In this document: piece after piece, positions 45,807-56,064 of the stretch
Position numbering within the stretch: the stretch's first letter is position 1
Layout of the letters: every line of letters begins with the position of its first letter
Assembly: GCA_019058315.1 (NCBI GenBank)
Contig: JAHPZH010000002.1
Location: forward strand, 1,293,910-1,357,909
Origin: Candidatus Helarchaeota archaeon
Lineage (GTDB): Archaea; Asgardarchaeota; Lokiarchaeia; Helarchaeales; RDOG01
Direction of reading: 5' to 3'
DNA length: 64,000 bases
The notes under the pieces: model-generated
Database searches by the model: none
What the model was told of the DNA's origin: nothing
The model's input: the letters and a program-made list of their open reading frames with translations, nothing else
Translations under genes and position numbers: made by a program

Positions 45807-46871
45807 TTAAAAATTAGGAACGAATACATCATATCCTTTTTCAGTACCTATGGAGAGGATATCAAACTTTTTTCCTTTAACAGTCTTAGATTCCAACCTT
45901 AATAACGGAAACAGATATATTGGGAATATAGGTGATTCAGGACCTTTCCTTTTCTCTAATTCCTTGAATAGATTCTTCGCACTACTCATTCTACTCTTAA
46001 TATCGCCATCCCAATATCCTAGTTGTGCTTTTATAAATTTCTCATCCATATTATCAAGATTTTTGATGTAAATCCCATCTACATTATTAATAACTAATCC
46101 TAGTTCTTCACCTATCTGTTTTTCAAATTCTGGCTTAAAAAACAAATGTGGTATATATTCTCCTTTAGGAATTGTGAAAGGTACCGACTCTATTCTATAT
46201 TTATAATGTTTTCCTGTGCCATTACATTCTTTACAAAATATCTTACCAAGATTTGGCTTACAATCACCACAAACCGACTTTGCACTCCCACCACAGTCAC
46301 TGCATGCTATTTTTCCTGATCCTAAGCATTCTCCACACTGATAATTCATGGATTTTTTGTCTTTTTTATCTGTATTTCCATCAACAACTTCTATTTCAAT
46401 TTTTAATTGCCCAGTTCCATCGCATTTTTTACATTTTACTGATCCCTTTCCCTCACATTTTTTACACTTAATTTCTCCTGTACCACCACATTTTTCACAA
46501 TTTTTGTAACCCTTTCCAACACATTTTTTGCAATTTACACTTGAAATTGAATCATACATTGGAAGTGCCTGTTCACCTTCCCAGTCTAAGGAATTCACAT
46601 TTTTTTTAAATTGGTAAAATTTTGTCTTTTCCAATTTTTTTAGGTCTGCATCTACTTCTTCAGAAGTTTTAGCTGCTTTTTCGGGAGAAAATTTGGATCT
46701 AAAGAAGAAAACAGCGCTCTTAACAACATTCTTCACAGACTCAGCAGCTGAAATGTTGCCTTTTTCAAATTTAACTCCTTTTACTCCAAACTTTTTCTCT
46801 AATTTGTCGGCAGATGTCTTTTCTACAAATTTAGCAAACACATCGTCACTTAATGGACTTTTAACACTCAT
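45807..46871 (-). CDS. CxxCxGxG zinc-finger repeat protein without J domain (SSUH2-like), paralog B
   Basis: Eight CxxC motifs; collinear with paralog A. Confidence 0.85.
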   Translation of the reverse strand: MSVKSPLSDDVFAKFVEKTSADKLEKKFGVKGVKFEKGNISAAESVKNVVKSAVFFFRSKFSPEKAAKTSEEVDADLKKLEKTKFYQFKKNVNSLDWEGEQALPMYDSISSVNCKKCVGKGYKNCEKCGGTGEIKCKKCEGKGSVKCKKCDGTGQLKIEIEVVDGNTDKKDKKSMNYQCGECLGSGKIACSDCGGSAKSVCGDCKPNLGKIFCKECNGTGKHYKYRIESVPFTIPKGEYIPHLFFKPEFEKQIGEELGLVINNVDGIYIKNLDNMDEKFIKAQLGYWDGDIKSRMSSAKNLFKELEKRKGPESPIFPIYLFPLLRLESKTVKGKKFDILSIGTEKGYDVFVPNF

Positions 46872-46926
46872 TGTACCACCATTTAAAGTTTTTATTTTTA
46901 ATTGTGTTATATAAAAGGAGTAGTAT

Positions 46927-47577
46927 TTAAAGTTCAGTCTTCATATCTTCGTCCGCTTTTAATATTTCAAATTCATATGGCATCTTTAGGTAGTTATATG
47001 TTATAAGAGTTATGAACGAAATGGCTAACCAGATACAATAAGAAAATGCAAGAGACCAATATGGGGCAAGTTGTAACGCACCAAATTGTGTTGAAAAGAA
47101 ATCCAATAATGTCCCATATGCAGAAATGCAGAAAATAAGAAAGGGACCAAATAATTTTTCAATATGCTCAATCTTATCAAAAAATTTCCTAAAAAGAGAA
47201 CTGGTTTTACGCAGGATTTTTGGAGCTTCAGAAATAACCGAACTTGCAGCACCTATGAAAAAAACCCAAATAATCATCTCCAAAGGAACACCTAATATCT
47301 GAATTCTTCCGCCTAGAAAAAGATACCATCCTACAAAAGATCCATATGCTCCTAATATAAAAGTAGAAATGGCTGTTGCACAGCCAGCTAAAAAAGCATA
47401 TTTTACTCTTTTAGTAGAAGGATTAAAGCTGATTAATATTAAAATAGTCCCCGCAATAGCTTCAATAAGCAAAAAATTTCTATATGTATCTTGATTATAA
47501 ACATTATAAACTATTAGGAATAAAATCATAAATAGAATTGTTCCAATGATACCCGAAACTCGTTTTAAAGTTGGCAT
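46927..47577 (-). CDS. Hypothetical multi-pass membrane protein
   Basis: About 6 hydrophobic segments; GWY...ILGVPLE. Confidence 0.7.
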   Translation of the reverse strand: MPTLKRVSGIIGTILFMILFLIVYNVYNQDTYRNFLLIEAIAGTILILISFNPSTKRVKYAFLAGCATAISTFILGAYGSFVGWYLFLGGRIQILGVPLEMIIWVFFIGAASSVISEAPKILRKTSSLFRKFFDKIEHIEKLFGPFLIFCISAYGTLLDFFSTQFGALQLAPYWSLAFSYCIWLAISFITLITYNYLKMPYEFEILKADEDMKTEL

Positions 47578-47622
47578 TGTTCCAATCCAATCTATTTTTT
47601 AATATAATCTTTTAAATCTTAT

Positions 47623-49203
47623 TTATTTTTTTTGATTATTGCGTGCGCGAATCCTTATCAATGTATCAGATGGTTCATTCGATTTTTCGGGATAATCTAA
47701 AGTATAATGGAGTCCTCTACTTTCTTTTCTTAAAAGCGCAGAATTAATAATAATCTCAGCAACATCTGCAATGTTTCTCAGTTCAATTAAATCTGAGTTA
47801 ATTTTAAAATCTCGGTAAAACTGAGCTATTTCCTCCTGCAAATTCTTTATTCGTCTTTTAGCTCTTAATAATCTTTTATCTGTTCTTACTATTCCTACAT
47901 AATTCCACATAAGACGTCTAACTTCTTCCCAATTAAATGAAACTACTACCATTTCATCGCTGTCTACTGTTGAATTAGGGATCCATGAAATTACTTCACA
48001 AAAACCTATTCCTTTCTTTATTTGCTCTATACATTTATTAGCTGCATTATGTGCACAAACCAAAGCTTCAAGAAGCGAGTTTGAAGCTAATCTATTTGCA
48101 CCATGAAGACCTGTACAAGCCACTTCTCCTATTGCATATAAATTTTTAATATCTGTCTCCCCTGAAGTAGTAGTTTTAACACCTCCACATGCATAATGTG
48201 CTGCTGGAATTACCGGAATTGGTTGTTTAGTCATATCAATTCCAAAGGATAAACAAGTTTTATAAATATTGGGAAATCTTTTTCGAATAAAATCAGAATC
48301 TTTAAAGGAAAGATCCAAAAAAACACAATCATCACCGCTTTTTTTCAACTCATTATCAATTGCACGGGCAACAATATCTCGTGGAGCTAATTCTTTTAAT
48401 TCATGATATTTTTCCATGAACCGATTACCACTATTATCTAATAAAATTGCTCCCTCTCCTCTCAAAGCTTCGGAGATTAAAAAAGACTTTGCATAAGGAT
48501 GATATAGGCAAGTAGGATGAAATTGAACAAATTCCATATTAGCAATAGACGCCCCAGCTCGATAAGCCATAGCTACCCCATCACCACTTGCAATATCCGG
48601 ATTAGATGTAAATAGATAGACTTTTCCGATTCCTCCAGTTGCTAAAACAGTAATTTTAGCACAAATTTCTACTACTTCGCTGTCCTCTTTATTTAACACA
48701 TAACACCCAATACATTGTCCATTTTCAGTAGCTAAATCAATAGCGATAAAATTTTCATGAATTTCAATATTCTTATTGTTAGATACTGCTGTTAATAAGG
48801 CTTGCTCAATTTCCCGTCCTGTAAAATCAGTGGCATGTAAGACTCTTCTATGAGTATGCCCTCCCTCTTTTCCAAGATCATAATCTTTTCCATCTTCACT
48901 TTTTGAGAATTGAACTCCTAATTCAATTAATTCTTTTACTCTTATAGGAGCTGTTTTAATAATTTCTTCAACGACTTCTCGTTTACACAGTCCATCTCCT
49001 GATATTAAAGTGTCTTGTATATGCGAATCAAAAGAATCAAGGGGTGACATAACAGCAGCTATCCCTCCTTGTGCATAATTTGTGTTTGACTCGGCCTTTT
49101 CCTTTTTTGTAATTATCATCACTTTACCATGATTACTGACTTTCAATGAAAAAGTCAATCCAGCAATACCAGATCCGATAACTAGGAAATCGGTTTCTAT
49201 CAA
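47623..49203 (-). CDS. nadB: L-aspartate oxidase
   Basis: GSGIAG, YAQGGIAA, EGGH..RR, FVQFHPT, LAPRDIVAR, GLHGANRLASNSLLE, ESRGLH. Confidence 0.95.
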   Translation of the reverse strand: MIETDFLVIGSGIAGLTFSLKVSNHGKVMIITKKEKAESNTNYAQGGIAAVMSPLDSFDSHIQDTLISGDGLCKREVVEEIIKTAPIRVKELIELGVQFSKSEDGKDYDLGKEGGHTHRRVLHATDFTGREIEQALLTAVSNNKNIEIHENFIAIDLATENGQCIGCYVLNKEDSEVVEICAKITVLATGGIGKVYLFTSNPDIASGDGVAMAYRAGASIANMEFVQFHPTCLYHPYAKSFLISEALRGEGAILLDNSGNRFMEKYHELKELAPRDIVARAIDNELKKSGDDCVFLDLSFKDSDFIRKRFPNIYKTCLSFGIDMTKQPIPVIPAAHYACGGVKTTTSGETDIKNLYAIGEVACTGLHGANRLASNSLLEALVCAHNAANKCIEQIKKGIGFCEVISWIPNSTVDSDEMVVVSFNWEEVRRLMWNYVGIVRTDKRLLRAKRRIKNLQEEIAQFYRDFKINSDLIELRNIADVAEIIINSALLRKESRGLHYTLDYPEKSNEPSDTLIRIRARNNQKK

Positions 49204-49228
49204 CTGAACACCTTAAATTCATGAATCA

Positions 49229-50029
49229 TTATTTACCTTTAAACTTAGGTTTTCTTTTTTCAAAAAATGACATAACTCCTTCTCGATAATCATTTGTTTT
49301 CGCCATTTTTATTTGTGTCTGCCTTTCTTCCTCGGCTTGTGCTTCTTCAGATTGCTTAAAATAATTATAAAGCATCTTTTTCGTAGCTTGTACCGCTAAT
49401 GGTGGTCCAGCAGCTATTTTTTTTGCATATTCCATTGTCGCGGTTTCTAATTCTGCTTGAGGAACAATTTTATTTATTAAACCAAGATCTAAAGCCTCCT
49501 TTGCAGAGATGCTATCACCAATTAGGCAAAGTTCAGCTGCTTTCTTAAGACTAACTAATTTTGGTAAAATTAATGTTGAATGTCCTGCGGCTATTAAACC
49601 TACTTTGACAAAACTCACACTAAAATTTGAATTATCTGCAGCAATCACAATATCACATGCTAGGGCAAGAGTCATCCCTGCACCAATTGCAAATCCATGA
49701 ACTGAAGCAATAACTGGCTTAGAAATCTTTTGAACTTTGGGAATTGCAGTATAAATGGCTTTTAACAAATTATTCATATAAATATCAGGATTATCATCTA
49801 AAGTATTCCTCATCTCTTTTAAATTTCCACCTGAACTAAACCCTTTTCCAGCACCTTTCAGTACTATAACTCTTACATCAGAATCTTTATCACATTCGTC
49901 TAAAGCTTTATGCAATTCAGTTGAAATCACAACACCTAAAGCATTGCGATTTTTAGGTGCATTTAATGTGATAATTGCTATATGTCCCTCTTTCTCAACA
50001 ATTAATTCTTCATAATTCAATTTAATCAT
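49229..50029 (-). CDS. Enoyl-CoA hydratase/isomerase (crotonase) family protein
   Basis: FSSGGNL, HGFAIGAG..LALACD, EGVMSFFEKRKPKF. Confidence 0.92.
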   Translation of the reverse strand: MIKLNYEELIVEKEGHIAIITLNAPKNRNALGVVISTELHKALDECDKDSDVRVIVLKGAGKGFSSGGNLKEMRNTLDDNPDIYMNNLLKAIYTAIPKVQKISKPVIASVHGFAIGAGMTLALACDIVIAADNSNFSVSFVKVGLIAAGHSTLILPKLVSLKKAAELCLIGDSISAKEALDLGLINKIVPQAELETATMEYAKKIAAGPPLAVQATKKMLYNYFKQSEEAQAEEERQTQIKMAKTNDYREGVMSFFEKRKPKFKGK

Positions 50030-50158
50030 CTAACCTTATTGATTTGAGTTTTTTAAATATCTAATTATTTCTGTAATTATACATATTATTAATTTTAGAA
50101 TTTAATAAAAAAACTTGAAATAATAAGCTTAAAATGTAAAATATTAATTTATTATTAA

Positions 50159-50440
50159 TTATTCTTCTTCTTTTCGACGATAATAAGCAACTATAGCGAT
50201 TAAAACAACAACTATGCCTATTAGAACGCCTATATAAATGTACCTAGGATCTATATAAAATTCAGGTAACCAATCCTCCCAAGTACGTGGATCCCTCGGA
50301 TTTGGAAGTTCAGGTATAACCGGGGGAACATATTCAATTTTGGGATAAGGTTCTATTAAAGGGTAAAAAAAGAACCACAATATAAAGGAAAAAAATATGA
50401 TTCCGAGAAAAAATAATCTAAAAAATATAACATCTTTCAT
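50159..50440 (-). CDS. Small membrane protein (2 TM, Pro-rich loop)
   Basis: N- and C-terminal hydrophobic helices, basic tail. Confidence 0.65.
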   Translation of the reverse strand: MKDVIFFRLFFLGIIFFSFILWFFFYPLIEPYPKIEYVPPVIPELPNPRDPRTWEDWLPEFYIDPRYIYIGVLIGIVVVLIAIVAYYRRKEEE

Positions 50441-50494
50441 AATCTTCAGATCTCTAAAAACCTTTAAGAATTATTTTTTAATTTTATTAAAAGT

Positions 50495-51760
50495 ATGAAG
50501 ACTGATAAAAGTTATCAAAATTATATGCTCGAATTTATTGAACGAATATGCAGAGACATTGGACCTAGATTGGCAACCACAGAGAAAGAATACCAAGCCA
50601 TTGATGAGATTGAGAAGGAATTAAAAGATTTTTCAGACGAAACCATTCGAGACGAATTTTATTGCACGAATAAAGCCTATCCTGGTGGATTTACTCATGT
50701 GGCAGGTGTCTTATGCATTATAGGCTTTTGTTTCTTTCCAACCCCATTATCCATTTTAACAACAATTTTATGTGCATTAGGTATTTTAGTGCTTATATTA
50801 GAACTAATGGTTCTGGTAGAATTCATTGATTTCTTATATCCCAAGAGGAAATCATTCAATATATTTGGAAAAATTAAGCCCATATCTTCTCCTAAAAAGC
50901 TAATAATCTTTGGAGGACACTCAGATTCGGCATATAATTTTCCATTTACAAAATATGGAACAAAAATGAATACGATGATGTATTTAGGAATTGGATTGGC
51001 AGTATATGCGATTTTATTGTCTCCAATTAAATTTATTCTTCAATTTATTATCCAAGATTTTGTAATTTGGGAGTTAATGTTTACTGGAATACCAATTTTT
51101 ACATTTACAATAATAGATGTTATATTTTTTATTCCTTTCATAGCTTGGTTTCCATTTTTTTTATATATTATTATAAGATTTGTAGGAAAAACATTAGTTC
51201 CTGGTGCAAATGATAACCTTTCTGGGGTTGCAGTTGCTTTAGCTATTGGAAAATATTTAGCAGCAGACCATCGCCCTCAAAACGTCGAAGTATGGATTGG
51301 GTCTTTCGGAGCAGAAGAAGTAGGACAACGAGGATCTAAAGCATTTGTAAGAAAATATGGAAAAAAGGGAATTTTAGATAATAGTTTAAGTGTAGCTCTT
51401 GAATCTGTTGGGGGTGGTGAAGGTATTGGTATTCTAACAACAGAGAAGATGTATTTTACCACTCATTATAAGGAAGTTTACGAACCAATGTATGAAGCAT
51501 TTCAAAAATATGAAAGCGAAAATAAAGGAGTTGTCCCTGGTCAACTACATGAGGCGGTATTTGCAGGAACTGATGCAGTCCGATTTTCAAAAAAAGGATA
51601 TCCCGCTTGTGCTGTTGTCGGCGGGGCTATTGAGACGTTATTTCTGAAAAACTGGCACTCACCAGCCGATATTCCTGAGAATTTAAATAAGAGATTAATG
51701 AGAGATGTTCTAGAAACATGCTTACATTTCATTGAATTAATAGATCAGAGGATATCATAA
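50495..51760 (+). CDS. M28 family metallopeptidase with inserted TM hairpins
   Basis: GGHSDS, GANDNLSG, AEEVG, ESVG, WHSPAD. Confidence 0.88.
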   Translation: MKTDKSYQNYMLEFIERICRDIGPRLATTEKEYQAIDEIEKELKDFSDETIRDEFYCTNKAYPGGFTHVAGVLCIIGFCFFPTPLSILTTILCALGILVLILELMVLVEFIDFLYPKRKSFNIFGKIKPISSPKKLIIFGGHSDSAYNFPFTKYGTKMNTMMYLGIGLAVYAILLSPIKFILQFIIQDFVIWELMFTGIPIFTFTIIDVIFFIPFIAWFPFFLYIIIRFVGKTLVPGANDNLSGVAVALAIGKYLAADHRPQNVEVWIGSFGAEEVGQRGSKAFVRKYGKKGILDNSLSVALESVGGGEGIGILTTEKMYFTTHYKEVYEPMYEAFQKYESENKGVVPGQLHEAVFAGTDAVRFSKKGYPACAVVGGAIETLFLKNWHSPADIPENLNKRLMRDVLETCLHFIELIDQRIS

Positions 51761-51962
51761 TTACTTTTTATTAAAAGAAGACTGATAAATTTATCAAAAG
51801 AATATTGAGATATTTCTGACCACTTATTTTAAATTTAAATTAGTATAATACAAAAGCAAAAAAGTAAGGGATTTTAATTCTTAGATATAGATTTTGGATA
51901 TCATATATGAAGAGATGAGATTCAAGTTTTTTTTTAGAAAAAAATAAAAGGAGAAGATTAAG

Positions 51963-53417
51963 TTGGATGAGTGTATTCATAAAGTCGCAAAATCGATTAT
52001 GGACACGATGGGGAAAATTACAGGTGTTAGAGTTTATGTTTCAATTGCAGATCATAAAGGAGACATAATTTATTCCGATTCTGCATTTGATAATTATAAA
52101 GATTTTATTAAAACATTTGTCCAAGTAAACTTTAAATATCTTCAAAAAGGGGACCATTCCATCCCTCTTAGCTCAGAAAATATAATCTTTTTCAAAAGTT
52201 CCGACAATTCTATGATAATATTATATAACCCAAAGGGAAAAATAGGGCAATTATTAACATTCAAAGGTATAATGGACAATTATACCAATTCTCTTGAAGA
52301 GTGTACCTTACAAATTGAGAGTGTTCCAATAAAAGAAATTGAACAACCTCTAGGTATACCTCTTATAGAAATAAAAGTTCCAATTTTCTCTCTCAAAGAG
52401 AAATTATATAAAAATTTAATACCTGTTCTCGAGAAAAAAGTTAAGGAACAAAAGAAATTCAGTTTAACTGAAGGTATTGTTCTTAATAAGTGTGATGGCA
52501 ACCAAAATCTATTTAATATTATAAAAAGTGTGGAACTTAAAGAAGATGAAGTTCTAAATATTCTAGATACTTTTTCAGAAAAAAACCAATTGTGTTTTAA
52601 AGAATTCGAAATTTTAAAAGTAAATTGTCCTCTTTGCAAAAATCATACAACTTTATTTTTACCTGAATTTATTTTGGATAAAGTTGAAAATAAATTACGA
52701 GTTCAACTTGATCCAGAAGACTGTGATCATACTTTTGTGGCATTGATTGATAAAAAATTAAGAATTAAAACCAAAGCAATTGAGAGCTTGTCTAACTCTA
52801 GCGATGAATTGGATACTTCAAAATTATCCATAAAAAATTTAATTTCTTTCTTAGGTGAAGATCTATTCTTCAACATTTTTCATGCAATTTTTATCCAGTT
52901 GAAAATAGTGTTTATAGGAGAAGAACCAGTTATTAGAGATATTACTCAATTTTTTAAAAAAATTTTTCCGCAAATAAAATATGAAGAAGATATCATCTGT
53001 ATTAATCAGACCGAATTTAAAAAGAATTTCAAAAAATATAAAAAAAATCTCATTATTGACTTTAATTCTCATATAATTGTTAACCCATTTCAAGAAGATT
53101 TGTTTGATTTCGAATCAAAATTATTAAAAAACGTATTAAAAATCGAAGATGAAAATTTACAAATTTTAACAACTAATTCAGAATTTGAACACTTAATTTT
53201 ATTGACTGAAAAAATTTTAAAAGATATTGAATTTTTTCAAACTATATCAGAGGATGTTTTAATAAAAAATGTAGAAACATTGCATGGAATTAAACTCAAT
53301 CGTTATGAAATTCCTTTAATCAAACAAATTTCTAATATTTATTATGGTACTGATATTTCTAAAAAAATTACCAGCACAATCTCTAGTCAAGTAAGTAGCT
53401 GGTTCGATAAATGGTAA
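51963..53417 (+). CDS. Multidomain protein: roadblock/longin-like, winged helix, Zn ribbon, DENN-like C-terminus
   Basis: VSIADHKGDIIY; VLNKCDG..NL..I winged helix; CPLC...CDH; FHAIFIQLKIVFIG. Confidence 0.6.
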   Translation: MDECIHKVAKSIMDTMGKITGVRVYVSIADHKGDIIYSDSAFDNYKDFIKTFVQVNFKYLQKGDHSIPLSSENIIFFKSSDNSMIILYNPKGKIGQLLTFKGIMDNYTNSLEECTLQIESVPIKEIEQPLGIPLIEIKVPIFSLKEKLYKNLIPVLEKKVKEQKKFSLTEGIVLNKCDGNQNLFNIIKSVELKEDEVLNILDTFSEKNQLCFKEFEILKVNCPLCKNHTTLFLPEFILDKVENKLRVQLDPEDCDHTFVALIDKKLRIKTKAIESLSNSSDELDTSKLSIKNLISFLGEDLFFNIFHAIFIQLKIVFIGEEPVIRDITQFFKKIFPQIKYEEDIICINQTEFKKNFKKYKKNLIIDFNSHIIVNPFQEDLFDFESKLLKNVLKIEDENLQILTTNSEFEHLILLTEKILKDIEFFQTISEDVLIKNVETLHGIKLNRYEIPLIKQISNIYYGTDISKKITSTISSQVSSWFDKW

Positions 53418-53504
53418 ATAGTATGATAAAAAAATTATTATAATAAAATGAAAAGAGGGGATATATTAAATTCGAATATATAAGTTTTAGAAAAAATGGA
53501 ATAA

Positions 53505-53903
53505 ATGAGAAAAATGGGATTTATAAAATTTCTAAATGGTATAATGAGAAGACTTTTACTTACAAATACGCAATTGGATTCCATTTCTCAAGAAAAATCT
53601 GATGGAAATGTTATACAAGATAAAATGACTTTAAATATTCAGACTTTTACAAATATGATGTTTAATGATTTCTTTCAAATACAAGGCTATTCTGATGAAA
53701 CATATCGACAGCTTTTTCAAGAAATTAACAATATTTTAAAGGAAAATCCAGTTCTTGCACCAACACTATTTGCACATTTAAAGAGATTTAGCGATTATTC
53801 AAGAGCAATGCATAAAAATTTGCGAAAATACCTAAAAGAACAATTAGGAGATCTCTTGGAAGAAAAAACAGATTTAGAGACTTCTGAAGGTTCTCTGGAT
53901 TAA
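53505..53903 (+). CDS. Hypothetical protein
   Basis: 132-aa ORF filling the gap on the + strand. Confidence 0.65.
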   Translation: MRKMGFIKFLNGIMRRLLLTNTQLDSISQEKSDGNVIQDKMTLNIQTFTNMMFNDFFQIQGYSDETYRQLFQEINNILKENPVLAPTLFAHLKRFSDYSRAMHKNLRKYLKEQLGDLLEEKTDLETSEGSLD

Positions 53904-54014
53904 CTAAATAATTTAAATAATTCGTTCTTTATGCCATCAAAACCCATTTTTAGATAAATTTTTATTATAATACATAATTTTTTATTTAATTTCTAATACT
54001 TGGGATGATATAAT

Positions 54015-55139
54015 ATGAAAGTGAAATTTGGAATTGAATTATTTTTTAGTCATAGTTATGATTTTGTAAGGAAAAAATTAAAGTCGGCGGTAAAAGAGGG
54101 TTGGGACTCGGTCTGGCTTCCTGATCATTTACGTGGAATGCCCCCTGGGTCTATCGATGATTTTCTTTGCGTATGGCCAATGTTAGGGTCATTTGCGGAG
54201 TTAGCTCCAGATATGACATTTGGAGTCGGTGTAACTGAACCACATCGTCTTCATCCAGCGAGCCTTGCCCAAACTACAACTACACTGGATCATATAACGA
54301 ATGGTAAATTTATTTTAGGAATTGGTGCGGGTGAAGCGATGAACTTAAAATGTTATGGAATTGATCATAGCTACGCAGTTTCAAAAATGAGGGAACATAT
54401 GGAGATAATGCATGAATTCTGGCATTCAGAAGGAAAAGAAATAAATTTTGATGGTCGGTTTTATCACCTAAAAAAGGCAGTCTTACTTCCTCCTCCCATA
54501 CAACGATCCAAAGATGGAAAACCTCACGTACCTATTTGGGTGGCTGGTAATGGCCCTAAAACCAAACAGATGACCGGTGAATTAGCAGATGGGTGGATAC
54601 CATTGCTCTCTTCTCCTAAACTTTATAAAGAAGATCTTGAAGATATTAAAAAAGCAATGGTTAAATCAAATCGAGATCCTAAAGATTTTACTGCAGGTGC
54701 CTATAGCCGAATATACATAAACAACGATGAAAAAAAGATTAAACAACATATAAATGGTCAAAAAATGGGTCTAATGATGGCTCCCCGCGTATTAAAATGC
54801 CATGGTTATTGGAAGGAAGAATATTGCGAGCTTTACGATGAAATTGGATTAAATCCAAATAGATTATCCATATTAGAATATGATTCGAATGATTTAAAGA
54901 AAATAAGGATAGATAAACTATTTCCAATAATCAAAGATATTCCAGATGAAATGGTTAGAGAACAAGGATTAATAGGCAATGAGGAAGAAATAATAAAAAA
55001 ATTTGAAAAATATATCCAATCTGGAGCAGAATATATTGTCTTAGAAATTTTAAACGGAGCTTCAAGAAAAAACGCACCTTTTACATACTTCGACGTCTCA
55101 AAAATATTAGCAGAAAAAATAATACCACAATTTCAGTAA
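54015..55139 (+). CDS. LLM class (probably F420-dependent) oxidoreductase
   Basis: DSVWLPDH, GVTEP..HP, ILGIGAGEAMN, PIWVAGNGP, ADGW. Confidence 0.9.
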   Translation: MKVKFGIELFFSHSYDFVRKKLKSAVKEGWDSVWLPDHLRGMPPGSIDDFLCVWPMLGSFAELAPDMTFGVGVTEPHRLHPASLAQTTTTLDHITNGKFILGIGAGEAMNLKCYGIDHSYAVSKMREHMEIMHEFWHSEGKEINFDGRFYHLKKAVLLPPPIQRSKDGKPHVPIWVAGNGPKTKQMTGELADGWIPLLSSPKLYKEDLEDIKKAMVKSNRDPKDFTAGAYSRIYINNDEKKIKQHINGQKMGLMMAPRVLKCHGYWKEEYCELYDEIGLNPNRLSILEYDSNDLKKIRIDKLFPIIKDIPDEMVREQGLIGNEEEIIKKFEKYIQSGAEYIVLEILNGASRKNAPFTYFDVSKILAEKIIPQFQ

Positions 55140-55217
55140 TAACTCATTTTCAATCTTTAAAATTTAAAAATCTCTTTTGGATTGTAACTATACATAATTA
55201 AATTTGAGTTAAGTAAA

Positions 55218-56006
55218 ATGACAAACACATTAGATTTATTCAAATTAGAAGATAAAGTTGCAATAGTTACTGGTGGCGCAGCGGGGATTGGTATTGATAT
55301 ATGCCAAGCATTAGCAGATTTCGGTGCTAAAATAGTAGTTGTAGGGCGTGGAAAGCATGGTTCCGTGGATGATATTGCGAAAAAAATTTTAAAAAATCAT
55401 AATACAGAAGCTATTGGTGTAAAATGTGATGTCGGAGACAAATCATCAGTTGAAAGTATGGTTAAGCAAGCTATAGATAAATTTGGAAAGGTGGATATAT
55501 TAATAAATAATGCTGGAATAACCTGGGGCACACCTTCCGAAAAAATGGCATTAGATGATTGGGAAAAAGTAATTAGAACTAATCTAACTGGTTCATTCCT
55601 TTGTTCTCAAGCAGTTGCACAAGACATGATAGCCCGAAAACAAGGTGGGGTTATATTGAATACCTCAAGTATTTGGAGTATTAGAGGTGCAAATTGGGGT
55701 GCAGTAGGCTATGCTAGTTCAAAAGCGGGTTTAAATGGGATGACTCGCCAACTTGCTGTCGAATGGGCAAAACATAAAATCCGTGTTAATGCAATTTTAT
55801 TGTCGTTTTTTCCTTCAGCTATGTCAAATTTCTTTATTGATAATTTCAAACGAATAATAAAAAGATCGACTCCATTAGGCCGAATTGGCTGTCCAGATGA
55901 TTTTAAAGGGTTAGTAATAGCATTGGTATCAGATGCGGGTGCTTTTGTAACGGGTCAAACTCTAGTAATAGATGGCGGAACAAGTATCGCAATGAGTGTA
56001 GGCTAA
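55218..56006 (+). CDS. Short-chain dehydrogenase/reductase
   Basis: TGGAAGIG, NNAG, YASSK, VTGQTLVIDGG. Confidence 0.93.
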   Translation: MTNTLDLFKLEDKVAIVTGGAAGIGIDICQALADFGAKIVVVGRGKHGSVDDIAKKILKNHNTEAIGVKCDVGDKSSVESMVKQAIDKFGKVDILINNAGITWGTPSEKMALDDWEKVIRTNLTGSFLCSQAVAQDMIARKQGGVILNTSSIWSIRGANWGAVGYASSKAGLNGMTRQLAVEWAKHKIRVNAILLSFFPSAMSNFFIDNFKRIIKRSTPLGRIGCPDDFKGLVIALVSDAGAFVTGQTLVIDGGTSIAMSVG

Positions 56007-56064
56007 TTTAACAAATCTAAAAATTTATTTTTTATTCTAATTTGCACTTAGAACTTATTCTAAC

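Noticed and set aside
44670-46871. DnaJ chaperones or multiheme cytochromes
   Set aside because: No HPD J-domain; motifs are CxxCxGxG, not CxxCH
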